A stretch of DNA of 63,645 bases, filler included, from Collodictyon triciliatum (lineage: Eukaryota), in the NCBI GenBank assembly GCA_043381765.1. It is 12 parts of 12 records of this genome, joined end to end, with 100 filler letters (N's around TTAATTAATTAA, not from the genome) between each part and the next. Parts side by side here need not be neighbours in the genome. Positions count along the whole stretch, not along the records: positions 16,193 to 21,486 come from JBHJMP010005317.1; positions 21,587 to 26,885 come from JBHJMP010005318.1; positions 26,986 to 32,275 come from JBHJMP010005321.1; 9 more parts are not named here. One strand, given 5' to 3'. Positions 16,586 through 26,986 of the stretch are shown piece by piece (position 1 is the stretch's first letter; every line of letters starts with the position of its first letter). The notes beneath the pieces are model-generated. The model searched no databases, was not told the DNA's origin, and saw nothing but the letters and a program-made list of their open reading frames with translations. Both the position numbers and the translations under genes were made by a program.

Positions 16586-17234
16586 ACATAGAACAGCACA
16601 TTTTCAAAGAGGCAGCGAAGCAAGTCTACCACAGCTCAGTTAAATATCGCAGTTAACTGACTTAACTCACGTTACGAGAGAGGATTGCGCCCATTTTTTT
16701 TTCCTGCTTGTCTTTGTGCCCGTTACCCGGTAAACTGGAGGATTGTTCTTATGTGCAATGAAGAAAGAAAACATGAACACTCTGCACATTATAAACTTGT
16801 CTGCTTTAGCCTCTCCGCCTGTTAAAACCCAGTGGGGCCATCAATTCCTGTGCTCTCTTTATTTTGCTCTCATTATTTCCTGTCGGTCTGCTGATTGTGC
16901 TTCGGCTTTATACTTCGGTCGCTTGTCAGGAGGATAAGGTTGAGCCGAAATAGTTATTAATAGAATTCGGTTGAATATTCCACATTTAATCAATATTCGC
17001 GGATAGGATTCGTTACCTAAGGGTAAAAATTGCTTCCTTTTCCTTTCTTTTTGTGTTGGCAGACACCAACCAACTCTTCTCACAGCGCAATATTTGCATT
17101 CGCAATCAAATTACAATCAATATGATGGATATGATGAAACTAAATAACAAACGCATGTATTATACAGAGATCCTGTGAATAGTATTCAGTTCTTCTCTTG
17201 GGAGGCAGTTTTAATTTAGGTAGCGGCAATCGTG

Positions 17235-19136
17235 TTACTTTTGCTTGGGGAATCGCCCCAAGGCTTCGCCTAGCTTAAGCTTCTGGCCAGGCTTCACCGT
17301 GAACTCGTATTCGGGTGCCTCAAATACCAAAACAACAGTGGAGCCCAAATTGAACGACGCGATTTCATCTCCCTTGAGAAAGGCTAGGTTGTTGTATGTA
17401 CGCAAACTTGACGGCTGTTTATACTGACTGTCCTTATTGGTCTCGATTGACTGTAAAGTTGTGACGTTAGTGGCCATGAGCCGCGAATGATAGAAGTAAA
17501 AAAGGAGAAGTTAAAATGTGTCTCTAAACAGGTTATAGTGGGTTTTAAGGCTTCTCACAGGGTCAAATTTGATTCCTATTGATCCGACATTATAGGCCCC
17601 GACTGCAGTCATGGAGAAATAGCCGTGCTCCCATGTCCCGCTCAATACAACACGCTCGTTGAGAACAAACAGGCTCTTGACCAACTCCAGGACTCTGGGA
17701 GCCACAGAAAAGAGCTCACCTGGACAGAAAATAAAGACAGGAGGAGTGATAAATAAATAAATAAAAAAGGATTGTCTATGTGGCACTTAGAATGGATTGC
17801 ATACTGATGTGGTATAAGGAACATCAAACCAACGAAGGATTGTAGGTTGTAGTATTTTTTTTTCAGCACGTGCAGGATACTATACATATGCATATGTGGT
17901 GTTGTTTAGATAGTCCTGAGTACCGCTGAAATGGCGAGTGCGCTGAATCTTCCAGTCCACGGGCGTGTGGATGCGATGGTAGTCTCCTGGGGCGAGGTAA
18001 ATAATGCAGTGATACAGCTTGTTTCCTGGGCGCAACGGGGCAAAGTTTTGTGGTACTTCCCCAAGGAACTGATCCATAGGATAAGTGATTCCTTTAACCT
18101 GCTCGATCTTGTTTCCATCAACCAAACCAAAGTGAAGCACACGGCCATCCACTGGGGATATCTAGTCAAAAGTGATGAGCCAGTTCAGAACAGGCCACTC
18201 CATTACAGTAACAATCACACACGCATACGTGTGTGTATTTGAATAAATGCTCGCAATTGCATCGCGTTTTAAAATGATCGTATAGATTCAATATCAAGTC
18301 CATACAAGCACTGATGACATATCAAGAATAAGGATATAAGAGTATAAGCCGACCAGCAGACATATACATGAAAGCTGCCAAACTCACAATGCTCTCGGAC
18401 GACAGAGGACGTACTCCACTTTTCAATTCGCGGGCGAAAAACTCTGCGAGGTTCTTGTACTCTTCCAACGACTGTGCTTTCATTTCAGATAGGTTACAGC
18501 CAAATGCCCGGGTCCATCCTTCATAAACCGGCGCACGCATCCAAACAGGCAGAGTCAAATTGTGGACATATCCCCACGCCCGCGAAAACGCACGGGAGGG
18601 GAGCTTCTTGAGTGCTTGGACCTATTAATTCGTTTATATTCCCTCTTTTACACGAGCATTTAAACGGAAAAGGTGCAGATATGCCATAGCAAAAGAAATA
18701 AATATATAAAAGAGAGATAGGCTATATTGGTATATGTTAAGGACGAGGAAAGAATGGAAAATATCGTCTGCTTAACGTGTTTCAATAAAAAAAAAGATTA
18801 TTTAATTATAGGGGAAAGGAAGAAAAAAAAACTACCACTAATAATGATATGTACTTTCATGAACTCTACCTTCCAGCTGTCCGGCTCAAAAGGCGGGACA
18901 TTGTCAGCAGTCCAGACATAATAGGCCGAGCCAAAGACAGCAACGCTTCCAGCAGAAAAGACGAGGCGAAGAATCTTCCTTGGCGAGGCGCCTCCAGGAG
19001 GCTTTTCTGAGTATGTGCGGATAATCGATGCAGGTGTGCCCAAAGGAAGTGGCCAGCGAGGACGCAACGAGGCAGGCGCAGAGCGAGCAGCCTGGCAGAG
19101 TTCGCGGCCGAAACCAAGCAGCGGGCGAGTAAGCAT
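17235..19136 (-). CDS. PISD: Phosphatidylserine decarboxylase, mitochondrial type (Psd1), multi-exon
   Basis: Arg-rich presequence and [86 protein letters not shown] (LGST self-cleavage motif). Confidence 0.96.
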
Positions 19137-19527
19137 CTGTGATGATTGAGCGCAGGCTGTGCAATGAGGGAGTATAACAAATAAATAAATGATATTATTT
19201 TTATTTTTAACAAGAAAAAAAAGTTCAAGTCAGCCCCTTCTTGTGTTGTGTTGTTGCGTTTCTTGGCAGGAAGGATGATCGAGACAAAAAGCAAGCCACG
19301 CTCTGCGTAATGATGCTATATGTGGAATCATGAACTTTTGTGCATCATGACCATTGTGGATTTTACTCAAATTCCATTTTACCACAGCGCGGGAAGCAGG
19401 GTTGACAAATCTTTTTGTTTTCTTTTTCGCGTGGCTCTAGGGTCGGTGTCTGCTTTACTAGTCACAAGAAGTGTAGGCGGTTGTCTGTGTGTGCGTGGGT
19501 AGAATGAGTCTTGAACGCCTTTTCTGT

Positions 19528-21255
19528 TCAGTCTGAGCTCAGTTCGATAGGCCGACGGCGAGTCAAGGTTGAATCAGCCAGGGTGTCTCTGGTGAGTACA
19601 TCCTCCTCCTCTGCATCATGCTCGCCACCCATGCGGTATGATGACTCGGATATGAACGCTCCATCATGTGCGAGGTCGCGAGGGGAATACTGTGGCATTG
19701 AGCCGTATGCTGCATCGTCTTTGCGCACCTGTTCGGAAGCTTGGTGTGATGATGACGCACCTGCTGATGAGTCTGTGAGGAAACGAAGGTCCACGCGCGG
19801 AGCTCGCAAAGTTGAGATTGTAGGCTCTTGCTCGGGTGAGTGCATGACAAAACCGTGTCCGATAGGTTCGATAGAAGGGTGGACCAAAAGAGGCTCTGGG
19901 ATGGATAGCTCGTTTGCTGCTCGGTCGATTGGTTGGGTGTCGACATTGTTTGGTCTCTTTGAGAACCCGTTTGACGCGTGGTGTAAGTGGTGCTGTATCT
20001 ATAGTAATCAGTTTTCGAGGAGAAATTCATATGGTTACTAGCGTATATATATATTCATATAGATGAAAATTACTGTAAAAAGGAAAAAGGAAAAAGGAAA
20101 AAGGAAAAAGGAAAAAGGAAAAAGGAAAAAGGAAAAAGGAAAAAGGAAAAAGGAAAAAGGAAAAAGGAAAAAGGAAAATAAGGAGATAATGCGACGGTTA
20201 AACCTTTCCAATTAATTCTCTGGGATTGTCGGACGTTATGTATACAGTAAGCAAAATATGGGCCAATGTTGTAACACAGCTGATTGCCATAAAAATGGAA
20301 ATAGTAAGAAAGCTTATACAGAGAAAAGCTGATGTGTAGAACCAATGAAACATGACGTGCCTATGAAAAATAATGTTACTTGTCATTTCCTTTTTAAATA
20401 GTTAATATGAGAGTGATTACATGCTGGTTTGATTTCTGGTATAAGTAAGAAAAAAATTGCACTGTAGTCATGTCATTCCACGTGATTACACCCACAAAGA
20501 GCATAATGTCACACTGTAGCAAAGTAAATGAAAGGTGGAAATAAATCAAGGAAACAACGATGCTTGATAAATTAATATACTGCAAATAAGTCAGACTGGC
20601 TCGAAATTCAATTGTAGCGGAGTATACGTGCACAGCTTTGGATGATAGAGTCACAATAGCACTTGTGAATGGGTACGACTTTGGACGTACAATCATATTA
20701 GATTATTAGTTATTATGTTTGGTGGAAAAAAAATGACATAAATTATGAATGTATATAATTTCAAGGGAAGGGTACGTCGTGATAGTTAAATCAGGTTTTT
20801 TTCATCAGATTGGTAATTACTCTAGTTTCAATGAATTCTTCCATGAGTACAAATTCCAGCATCTGCTTTTGCTCTGAGAGATTGAATATCAGCGGAATCG
20901 CGTAAAAAAGAGACGATATTGCACTGACTATATCGGATTGGTATTTCATAATCCCCTGTACATGAAAAGAAAATAATGAGCGGGATGGTATTCTACTCGT
21001 CACAAGAACACATTTTTGAATGCCATATGATATGGATTGGGAGGGGCATACATGAGATATATATGAATATAGGCAAGCTCAAAAGAACAAACATAATTTT
21101 GTAATCAACCACAACAAGAACCATACTTTTTCCATGTGTATTAATTGAGCCATGAAGTAAAGAAAATATTAAAAAAAAAACACAAACAGGTCTCTTAGCG
21201 GCGGCAAGTGTTTGATTATATGCATCCACAAGTATAATTTCCACCATGAATACGC
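19528..21255 (-). CDS. BSCL2: Seipin (lipid-droplet biogenesis), 3' part; 5' truncated by contig end
   Basis: GVFMVEI..AKRP|GIMKYQSDIVSAISSLFYAIPLIFNLSEQKQML..|VHVYSATIEFRASLTYLQHVMFHWFYTSAFLCI matches the seipin lumenal domain and second TM. Confidence 0.85.
20076..20178. repeat. (AAAAAGG)n 7-mer repeat in a seipin intron
   Basis: Perfect tandem array. Confidence 0.9.
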
Positions 21256-21486
21256 CTGATGAAACATATCAAATTTAATTTTCAACTATAGTCTAATAAT
21301 TTCACATGCAAATGTTAAAATAATCAATCAGAAAGGTAGTGATTTGTGAAACTAATTCCTTGTTTGTATGGTTGTCCTTGTTCGTAAGAAAAGAAAAGAA
21401 AAGAAAAGAAAAGAAAAGAAAAGAAAAGAAAAGAAAAGAAAAGAAAAGAAAAGAAAAGAAAAGAAAAGAAAAGAAAAGAAAAGAAA

Positions 21487-21586
21487 NNNNNNNNNNNNNN
21501 NNNNNNNNNNNNNNNNNNNNNNNNNNNNNNTTAATTAATTAANNNNNNNNNNNNNNNNNNNNNNNNNNNNNNNNNNNNNNNNNNNN
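21487..21586. other. Artificial contig linker
   Basis: N44-TTAATTAATTAA-N44. Confidence 0.98.
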
Positions 21587-21642
<56 letters not shown>

Positions 21643-21704
21643 TTTTACTTTTTAATCAGAAATCTCTACAAATTTAAAAAAATCATCAATAAAATCAACT
21701 TCGA

Positions 21705-24700
21705 TTAGTTACCATTTGTTTTTTTTGATGAAACGGAGGGTTCTCTTGAAGTTTGAACCGGCTTGAATATTGTAGAATTGATGCCTCCCTGGAATGACGG
21801 TGTAAGGGAGAATTCATGTCGTCCACTTTGATTCCCAGGTATGTGTTCATTATTGGCAGAGTTCGTTGTCATGAAGGTAGGGGAGTTTGAAGATGGCATA
21901 TCCATAATATCTCCAAGCTTCGTATTAGAATTTTGAAATGTGTCGGTAGTAGAAGGTAAGAGTGAATTGATTTTACCATTATATGATTCAGTGATTAGTT
22001 TGAGAGGAGATTTAGAGGCGTTCTCATAAGTTATACCTCCCACCCCAGATTGTGTTTTCCTAAAAGTAAGGTTTTCAGATACTTTTTCGGAAAAATATTC
22101 TCCTTTATTTGATTTTGTAGGTGAAAATATCGATGTTTTGCTAGGTTCATTCATTTCTAAACTATCGATAACTGTCTGACTTTTTTGGAACCTCTCAGAC
22201 AAAGACATTCTATTTGTTTCGATATAACCATCATCTGATAATGTTCCCTCAAAATCAGGTGAATTATTTTGCAAGAAGGATTCCATACGGTCAGCCTCAG
22301 ATACTGTTTCTACGAATGTGTGTGACATTGTATAATCTATCGATTTGATGGATCCTTCAAAACTAGCAGTGCTAATTTCAAACAAAGGAGTTATCGCTTC
22401 ATTCTTTTCAATGGCTTGATTACTAGATGGGGTTGTAGATAATTCTGGTGTCCGATGATTTTCCTCTGTTTTTATGATTCCTTGCACCGATTTTGTTGGT
22501 AGATAGATCCGTGAGTTTGAAATGAGGTCGTTATTGATATCTTCAGGTCCAGAGATGGTATTTGAATACTGTAGAGTATTTGGCATTTTATTCGTCTCTA
22601 GGGCTCCATTTAATGATGGAGTTGTTTCAAATAGTCTACTATCGCTGGCGGGATTGCTTATTTTTCCAAAAAATGTCTCCGTCGCCAAAAATTGGGGCGA
22701 ATTTAGAGATCCACTAGGAGTTTGTGTCTGAGCTTGGGTATTCGATTGACTTTCACACTTTACGAAATGTATATAATCTGATGGCTTCATACTTCCTTTA
22801 TGATCAAGGTTGAATATAACATCACGATCACTTGAAGTCATTCCTAGGCTATCGTATGTGGTCATGTGTACCGCTACTCCAACAACTTCGTGCTCTATTG
22901 TCCGACCTGTGACAATTAATGTCCCGTTATTCATGTTCTCTGCTGTTACTCTGATTCCTTCGTTTGTAGTTATTTTGTTCAATCCTCTTTCGATATTCAT
23001 ATCTCGATTTAATGAAGTCAGGAATATCAATTCATAAGATGTTTGTATGCTAGAGTAGCTCATATCAGCTGTTTGTGAATGCACCAGCACTTGAAGATTG
23101 TAGTAGCTTGTGCATGAGGTACTTAATTCTAAGCCAAAGAATCTCCATTTGTTCGCGAGGACTCGAATCAGATAAACTGCGTCCTGTATTTGTGGCTCTC
23201 CGTTTCTGTCAACATCAAGAACTTGGAGCTGTGCCGAGCCCACTTGTGTGGTTATCAGCCCTGCGAGGTACCGAAGTGTGAATTGCACATCGGCCACAGA
23301 AAACTCGCAGTCCCCGTCCGTATTACCTTTAATGGTCCACGGGTCGCACGGCCATGTTCTGGATTGGGCTTCCGTTTCCATCCTTTCCGCGTATTTGTTG
23401 AACAACTCAGACACCTTGCTGCTAATGTCTGTACGTGTCTGAGAAGACAATCCTACCCTAAGCGTAGTACTTCCTGCAACAATTGCTCTTGACTGTCCTA
23501 GTCCCAGCGCCGTACCTATCGGAGAAGGTGTTGCTTCATTCGATAGCATCTTGCTGATAATTCCCATAAAATGTGTTATTCCATTATGTTTGCCTTTGAC
23601 CACGAGTTTTACAATCTCGATAATATTTCTGGAGGTGCTTGTTACACTTGTTGCTGCAACTATACGAACCACACCAGGTGGGTCGTTCAGAGTCACTTCG
23701 AGCTGACCACCAGGCCAGCTTGCACCAACAGAGTGTGAAGTAATTTCAACGATTTTGTCGTCATAGAACAGACTCATATCAATGCTGCCCAGGAATTTGC
23801 CCCCTGAATTGACACGCACAGGGATGGTCAAACTGGCCCCTTTATTTATTCCACTAAGCGCTAGACCACTCATGCTTCCTATATCTACGTCTCCAATGTC
23901 TGGTATAAGATTTCCATATGTGCTCGATGCATGTGATGCTCCAGTGCACGTAGACGCTGCTATCTTGACTACTCCGCGCGAGTTGGAGTGCAAAGTGGCA
24001 TAACCATTCTTGTTAATAGATATCGAACTGGCGTCGTCGCTCAAATAATGAAGTAAATCTTTAATAGTGTGAGCTGCTGGGTGCTTTGAGCCATCTTGCA
24101 GAACAATACTCGAAGCAAACAGCTGAGATGATATTCCTTGGATACCTTGGTATGTTTGTGGGAATGAAGTAGAAATAGAGACGGCTCTTATTTCATCATC
24201 AATGACCTCAACTACTAGGTGTCCTGATTCGCCCAAATAAGTCGCTGTTACTGTTTCGTTGCCATATCTCAACCCAGTGGGTACCAGAATGTTTTTACTT
24301 TCGATTTCGAGCCCAGGGACTTCCGAGTTGGCCGTCATAAACTTTGTGGAGGTATCGATCGTGATATCAAATGTGCTTGAATCTGACAGAATTAAGGACA
24401 ATCCTAATTTTGCTCTTTGGAAGACACTAGTGCATTCATACCGGTGCAGTCTAACCAGAGACAACAGGGAGGAGCCTGTATATTCTGGATATGGACTTGC
24501 AGTTACCTTAAGAGACAAAAATCCCAAAACCGTGACTTGAATCCTGCCTTGCAAGCCAGGGGCGTTTTCAACCGTGGCGATGACCGCGGCAACACCTATT
24601 CCCTTCCCTGTGGCAACCACACAGACCCTAACGATCTCACTATACTCGCTGTCTTTTCTGACTTGTATAATGTCCTTGTTATCTCCCACCGCAACATCAA

Positions 24701-26885
24701 ACTTTGTTCTTGGGTCCAAGGTGTAATCTTTATGCTTCCCATTCTCAAAAAGACATATCACTTGTATGCGACTTGTTGTAGGAATACCTGCTTTTGAAGC
24801 TAGATTATTGGTGTCTGTGATTTTGTCGTTGGAGAGGGTTATACTAATTGCAACTATTTTGGGTAATTTCAAATCTACAAGCCCAAGTCCCGAAGCGTAG
24901 ATTTTGCCACATGAGCTCCATTTCACATCAACAAAATACCCACATCCGTTTGAGACAGATTGGACTCTTAGTGGATTGGTAGTCACCGTTACAGAGGAAG
25001 TTATTGATGTCATAGATAATCCGTCTGACTCTTGAAGCAGCTCTCTCGAGCCGTCAGATAGCAAAGCATACGCACTAACATAACCAGTCTTGTCCTCCAT
25101 GTCAAAGTTTTGCACGATTGAGACCTTCAGACCAGTAGTTGTTGCTGGTGTCAGTAACTCGACTTGTTCCACAGCACTGATGGTAACATCTGTGAATATG
25201 ATGGGTTCTATCCTCACTATGCTCACGTGGTCATCCGAAACCGTAAAAGACAGCGAGTTCGACGGGACTTTGGTTGCTGAAACGATCGCAGACCCGGATC
25301 GAATACCTGTCACAGTGTTGTTTCTGCATAGAACAATACTGGGCTCGGACGAATGAAGAGAAATCAACTCAGTCACGTCAGCTTCAAAGCTGTCTGGCCC
25401 ACTGACAAATTTTGCACTTGCGCTGATACGGCTGGTCTGGTATTTTGAACCGGAGCAATCTGATAGCTTTACTTTATCTATTCGGTTTAGAGTGGTATTC
25501 TGGGTCCATAAATTTATAGGTAGCTCTGGATGCCATACTCGGATGGTGGTTGTTGCATCTTGGTATGAAATTATCACATATGAAGGAGTTGAGAACGTTT
25601 GGTCGTCAAGCTGAGCAGTGCATTTCTCCATCTTCAATATATCTGGGTGGGAGCTTGTACACGTGGCCAGGTATGTGATGTCGCTTGGATTCTGGAACTC
25701 ATAGTACTCTAGAACTTTCACAGGTATTTGGAGCTTCATTTTGTTGATCGCAGCGGTATTGATTACATGATGTTGCTTGGCTCCAATGAAGTGGCCACTT
25801 ATCGTGTCTTGTGCGATTTGGATGTACCCAATATCTCCAGAATGCGCTCCATCAAACACAATTCCGAGAGATGAGTCGCCCACTATAGGTACATTTTTAA
25901 TGTCTGTCATTTGCTTGATAATCAAGCTGACAGGTCCACTAGGCTGTGAGGGTGTCTTATTTGTCAACCACGTAATTGTAGCAATATTAAATGACCCTGT
26001 GACAGATGACTCGCTGACACCACTTTGCCGTGTCCACACTATGGATGCACTGCTTTTTTGGATATTTGTGGCACCCGAGAACTTGCCATCGCCCATAATC
26101 TTTGATATCGACATCACAGCTTCGGGAATGTTGATAACTATGTTGATACCTTCCAGCACTTTGCCGTTGGTATAGGCCGTTAGCGTTGTTGTGAATGAAG
26201 AACTAGGCAAAACTGGGTGCTGTGGAAGCTGCATTTTTACACCAGCCACAGGATTTTCGCCATAAAATGGGGTTGCCATCATGACAGCTGATCTGAGAGA
26301 CACGGTTCTGTTAGCATACATCACGGTTGGGGTGATCATGGTCTGTCTGGATGAGAAGGCGTATCCAGGAATAGTGATTATAGTCAAGCAAGGAGTGGAC
26401 CCGTCATAAGTGCAATGATACTTTAATCCTGGCATCTCGACAGTTGACACATATATCTGTCCACCTCTGTTTACCGTCTCTCCATTGCTTCCCACAAGCC
26501 AAGCGCGTACCTTGAGAATGGGTAAGGACTGATAAATCGACGTGGACAACGTGATACCAGATGGCCAAGACGGCATTGCCTTTGACACATTGAGAGATAA
26601 TGGGCCCGATAATACACCCGCGAATGATGATGACACTGATACAGATGATATAGCGTCACTCAAACCCGTCACGTTCCTTTTAAACGACCAGTGCTGTAAA
26701 TTTTGACTAGTTGGTGACGAGAAACCACCATTGGTTGGAGTAAACATCAACGGAATTTCGACGACGGAAAAGACGGGGCCACATATACCGCAGGAATTAA
26801 GAGAATTCCCTATGGGACATGATGTGTTACTTGTTATTGTCAATGTCATTGATGGCGATGGCGATGGCGATGGCGATGGCGATAG
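21705..26885 (-). CDS. Giant TMEM132-like surface protein fragment: cohesin-like domain, Ig-like repeats, second cohesin, dockerin, shared domain, S/T stalk; open at 5' end, probably spliced onward at 3' end
   Basis: Frame is open to the contig end through an (SP)n repeat. TMEM132-like motifs: VINTAAI..IPVKV, CTSSHPDILK, IRVWHPELPI, YQTSRISASAKF, DVTELI. Cohesin-like: LTIPVRVNSGGKFLGSIDMSLFYDDKIVEI. Dockerin: GNTDGDCEFSVADVQFTLRYLAG..DVDRNGEPQIQDAVYLIRVL. A possible GT donor (G|gtaact) lies just before the stop. Confidence 0.85.
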   Translation of the reverse strand, partial: LSPSPSPSPSPSMTLTITSNTSCPIGNSLNSCGICGPVFSVVEIPLMFTPTNGGFSSPTSQNLQHWSFKRNVTGLSDAISSVSVSSSFAGVLSGPLSLNVSKAMPSWPSGITLSTSIYQSLPILKVRAWLVGSNGETVNRGGQIYVSTVEMPGLKYHCTYDGSTPCLTIITIPGYAFSSRQTMITPTVMYANRTVSLRSAVMMATPFYGENPVAGVKMQLPQHPVLPSSSFTTTLTAYTNGKVLEGINIVINIPEAVMSISKIMGDGKFSGATNIQKSSASIVWTRQSGVSESSVTGSFNIATITWLTNKTPSQPSGPVSLIIKQMTDIKNVPIVGDSSLGIVFDGAHSGDIGYIQIAQDTISGHFIGAKQHHVINTAAINKMKLQIPVKVLEYYEFQNPSDITYLATCTSSHPDILKMEKCTAQLDDQTFSTPSYVIISYQDATTTIRVWHPELPINLWTQNTTLNRIDKVKLSDCSGSKYQTSRISASAKFVSGPDSFEADVTELISLHSSEPSIVLCRNNTVTGIRSGSAIVSATKVPSNSLSFTVSDDHVSIVRIEPIIFTDVTISAVEQVELLTPATTTGLKVSIVQNFDMEDKTGYVSAYALLSDGSRELLQESDGLSMTSITSSVTVTTNPLRVQSVSNGCGYFVDVKWSSCGKIYASGLGLVDLKLPKIVAISITLSNDKITDTNNLASKAGIPTTSRIQVICLFENGKHKDYTLDPRTKFDVAVGDNKDIIQVRKDSEYSEIVRVCVVATGKGIGVAAVIATVENAPGLQGRIQVTVLGFLSLKVTASPYPEYTGSSLLSLVRLHRYECTSVFQRAKLGLSLILSDSSTFDITIDTSTKFMTANSEVPGLEIESKNILVPTGLRYGNETVTATYLGESGHLVVEVIDDEIRAVSISTSFPQTYQGIQGISSQLFASSIVLQDGSKHPAAHTIKDLLHYLSDDASSISINKNGYATLHSNSRGVVKIAASTCTGASHASSTYGNLIPDIGDVDIGSMSGLALSGINKGASLTIPVRVNSGGKFLGSIDMSLFYDDKIVEITSHSVGASWPGGQLEVTLNDPPGVVRIVAATSVTSTSRNIIEIVKLVVKGKHNGITHFMGIISKMLSNEATPSPIGTALGLGQSRAIVAGSTTLRVGLSSQTRTDISSKVSELFNKYAERMETEAQSRTWPCDPWTIKGNTDGDCEFSVADVQFTLRYLAGLITTQVGSAQLQVLDVDRNGEPQIQDAVYLIRVLANKWRFFGLELSTSCTSYYNLQVLVHSQTADMSYSSIQTSYELIFLTSLNRDMNIERGLNKITTNEGIRVTAENMNNGTLIVTGRTIEHEVVGVAVHMTTYDSLGMTSSDRDVIFNLDHKGSMKPSDYIHFVKCESQSNTQAQTQTPSGSLNSPQFLATETFFGKISNPASDSRLFETTPSLNGALETNKMPNTLQYSNTISGPEDINNDLISNSRIYLPTKSVQGIIKTEENHRTPELSTTPSSNQAIEKNEAITPLFEISTASFEGSIKSIDYTMSHTFVETVSEADRMESFLQNNSPDFEGTLSDDGYIETNRMSLSERFQKSQTVIDSLEMNEPSKTSIFSPTKSNKGEYFSEKVSENLTFRKTQSGVGGITYENASKSPLKLITESYNGKINSLLPSTTDTFQNSNTKLGDIMDMPSSNSPTFMTTNSANNEHIPGNQSGRHEFSLTPSFQGGINSTIFKPVQTSREPSVSSKKTNGN

Positions 26886-26985
26886 NNNNNNNNNNNNNNN
26901 NNNNNNNNNNNNNNNNNNNNNNNNNNNNNTTAATTAATTAANNNNNNNNNNNNNNNNNNNNNNNNNNNNNNNNNNNNNNNNNNNN
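26886..26985. other. Artificial contig linker
   Basis: N44-TTAATTAATTAA-N44. Confidence 0.98.
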
Positions 26986-26986
26986 G

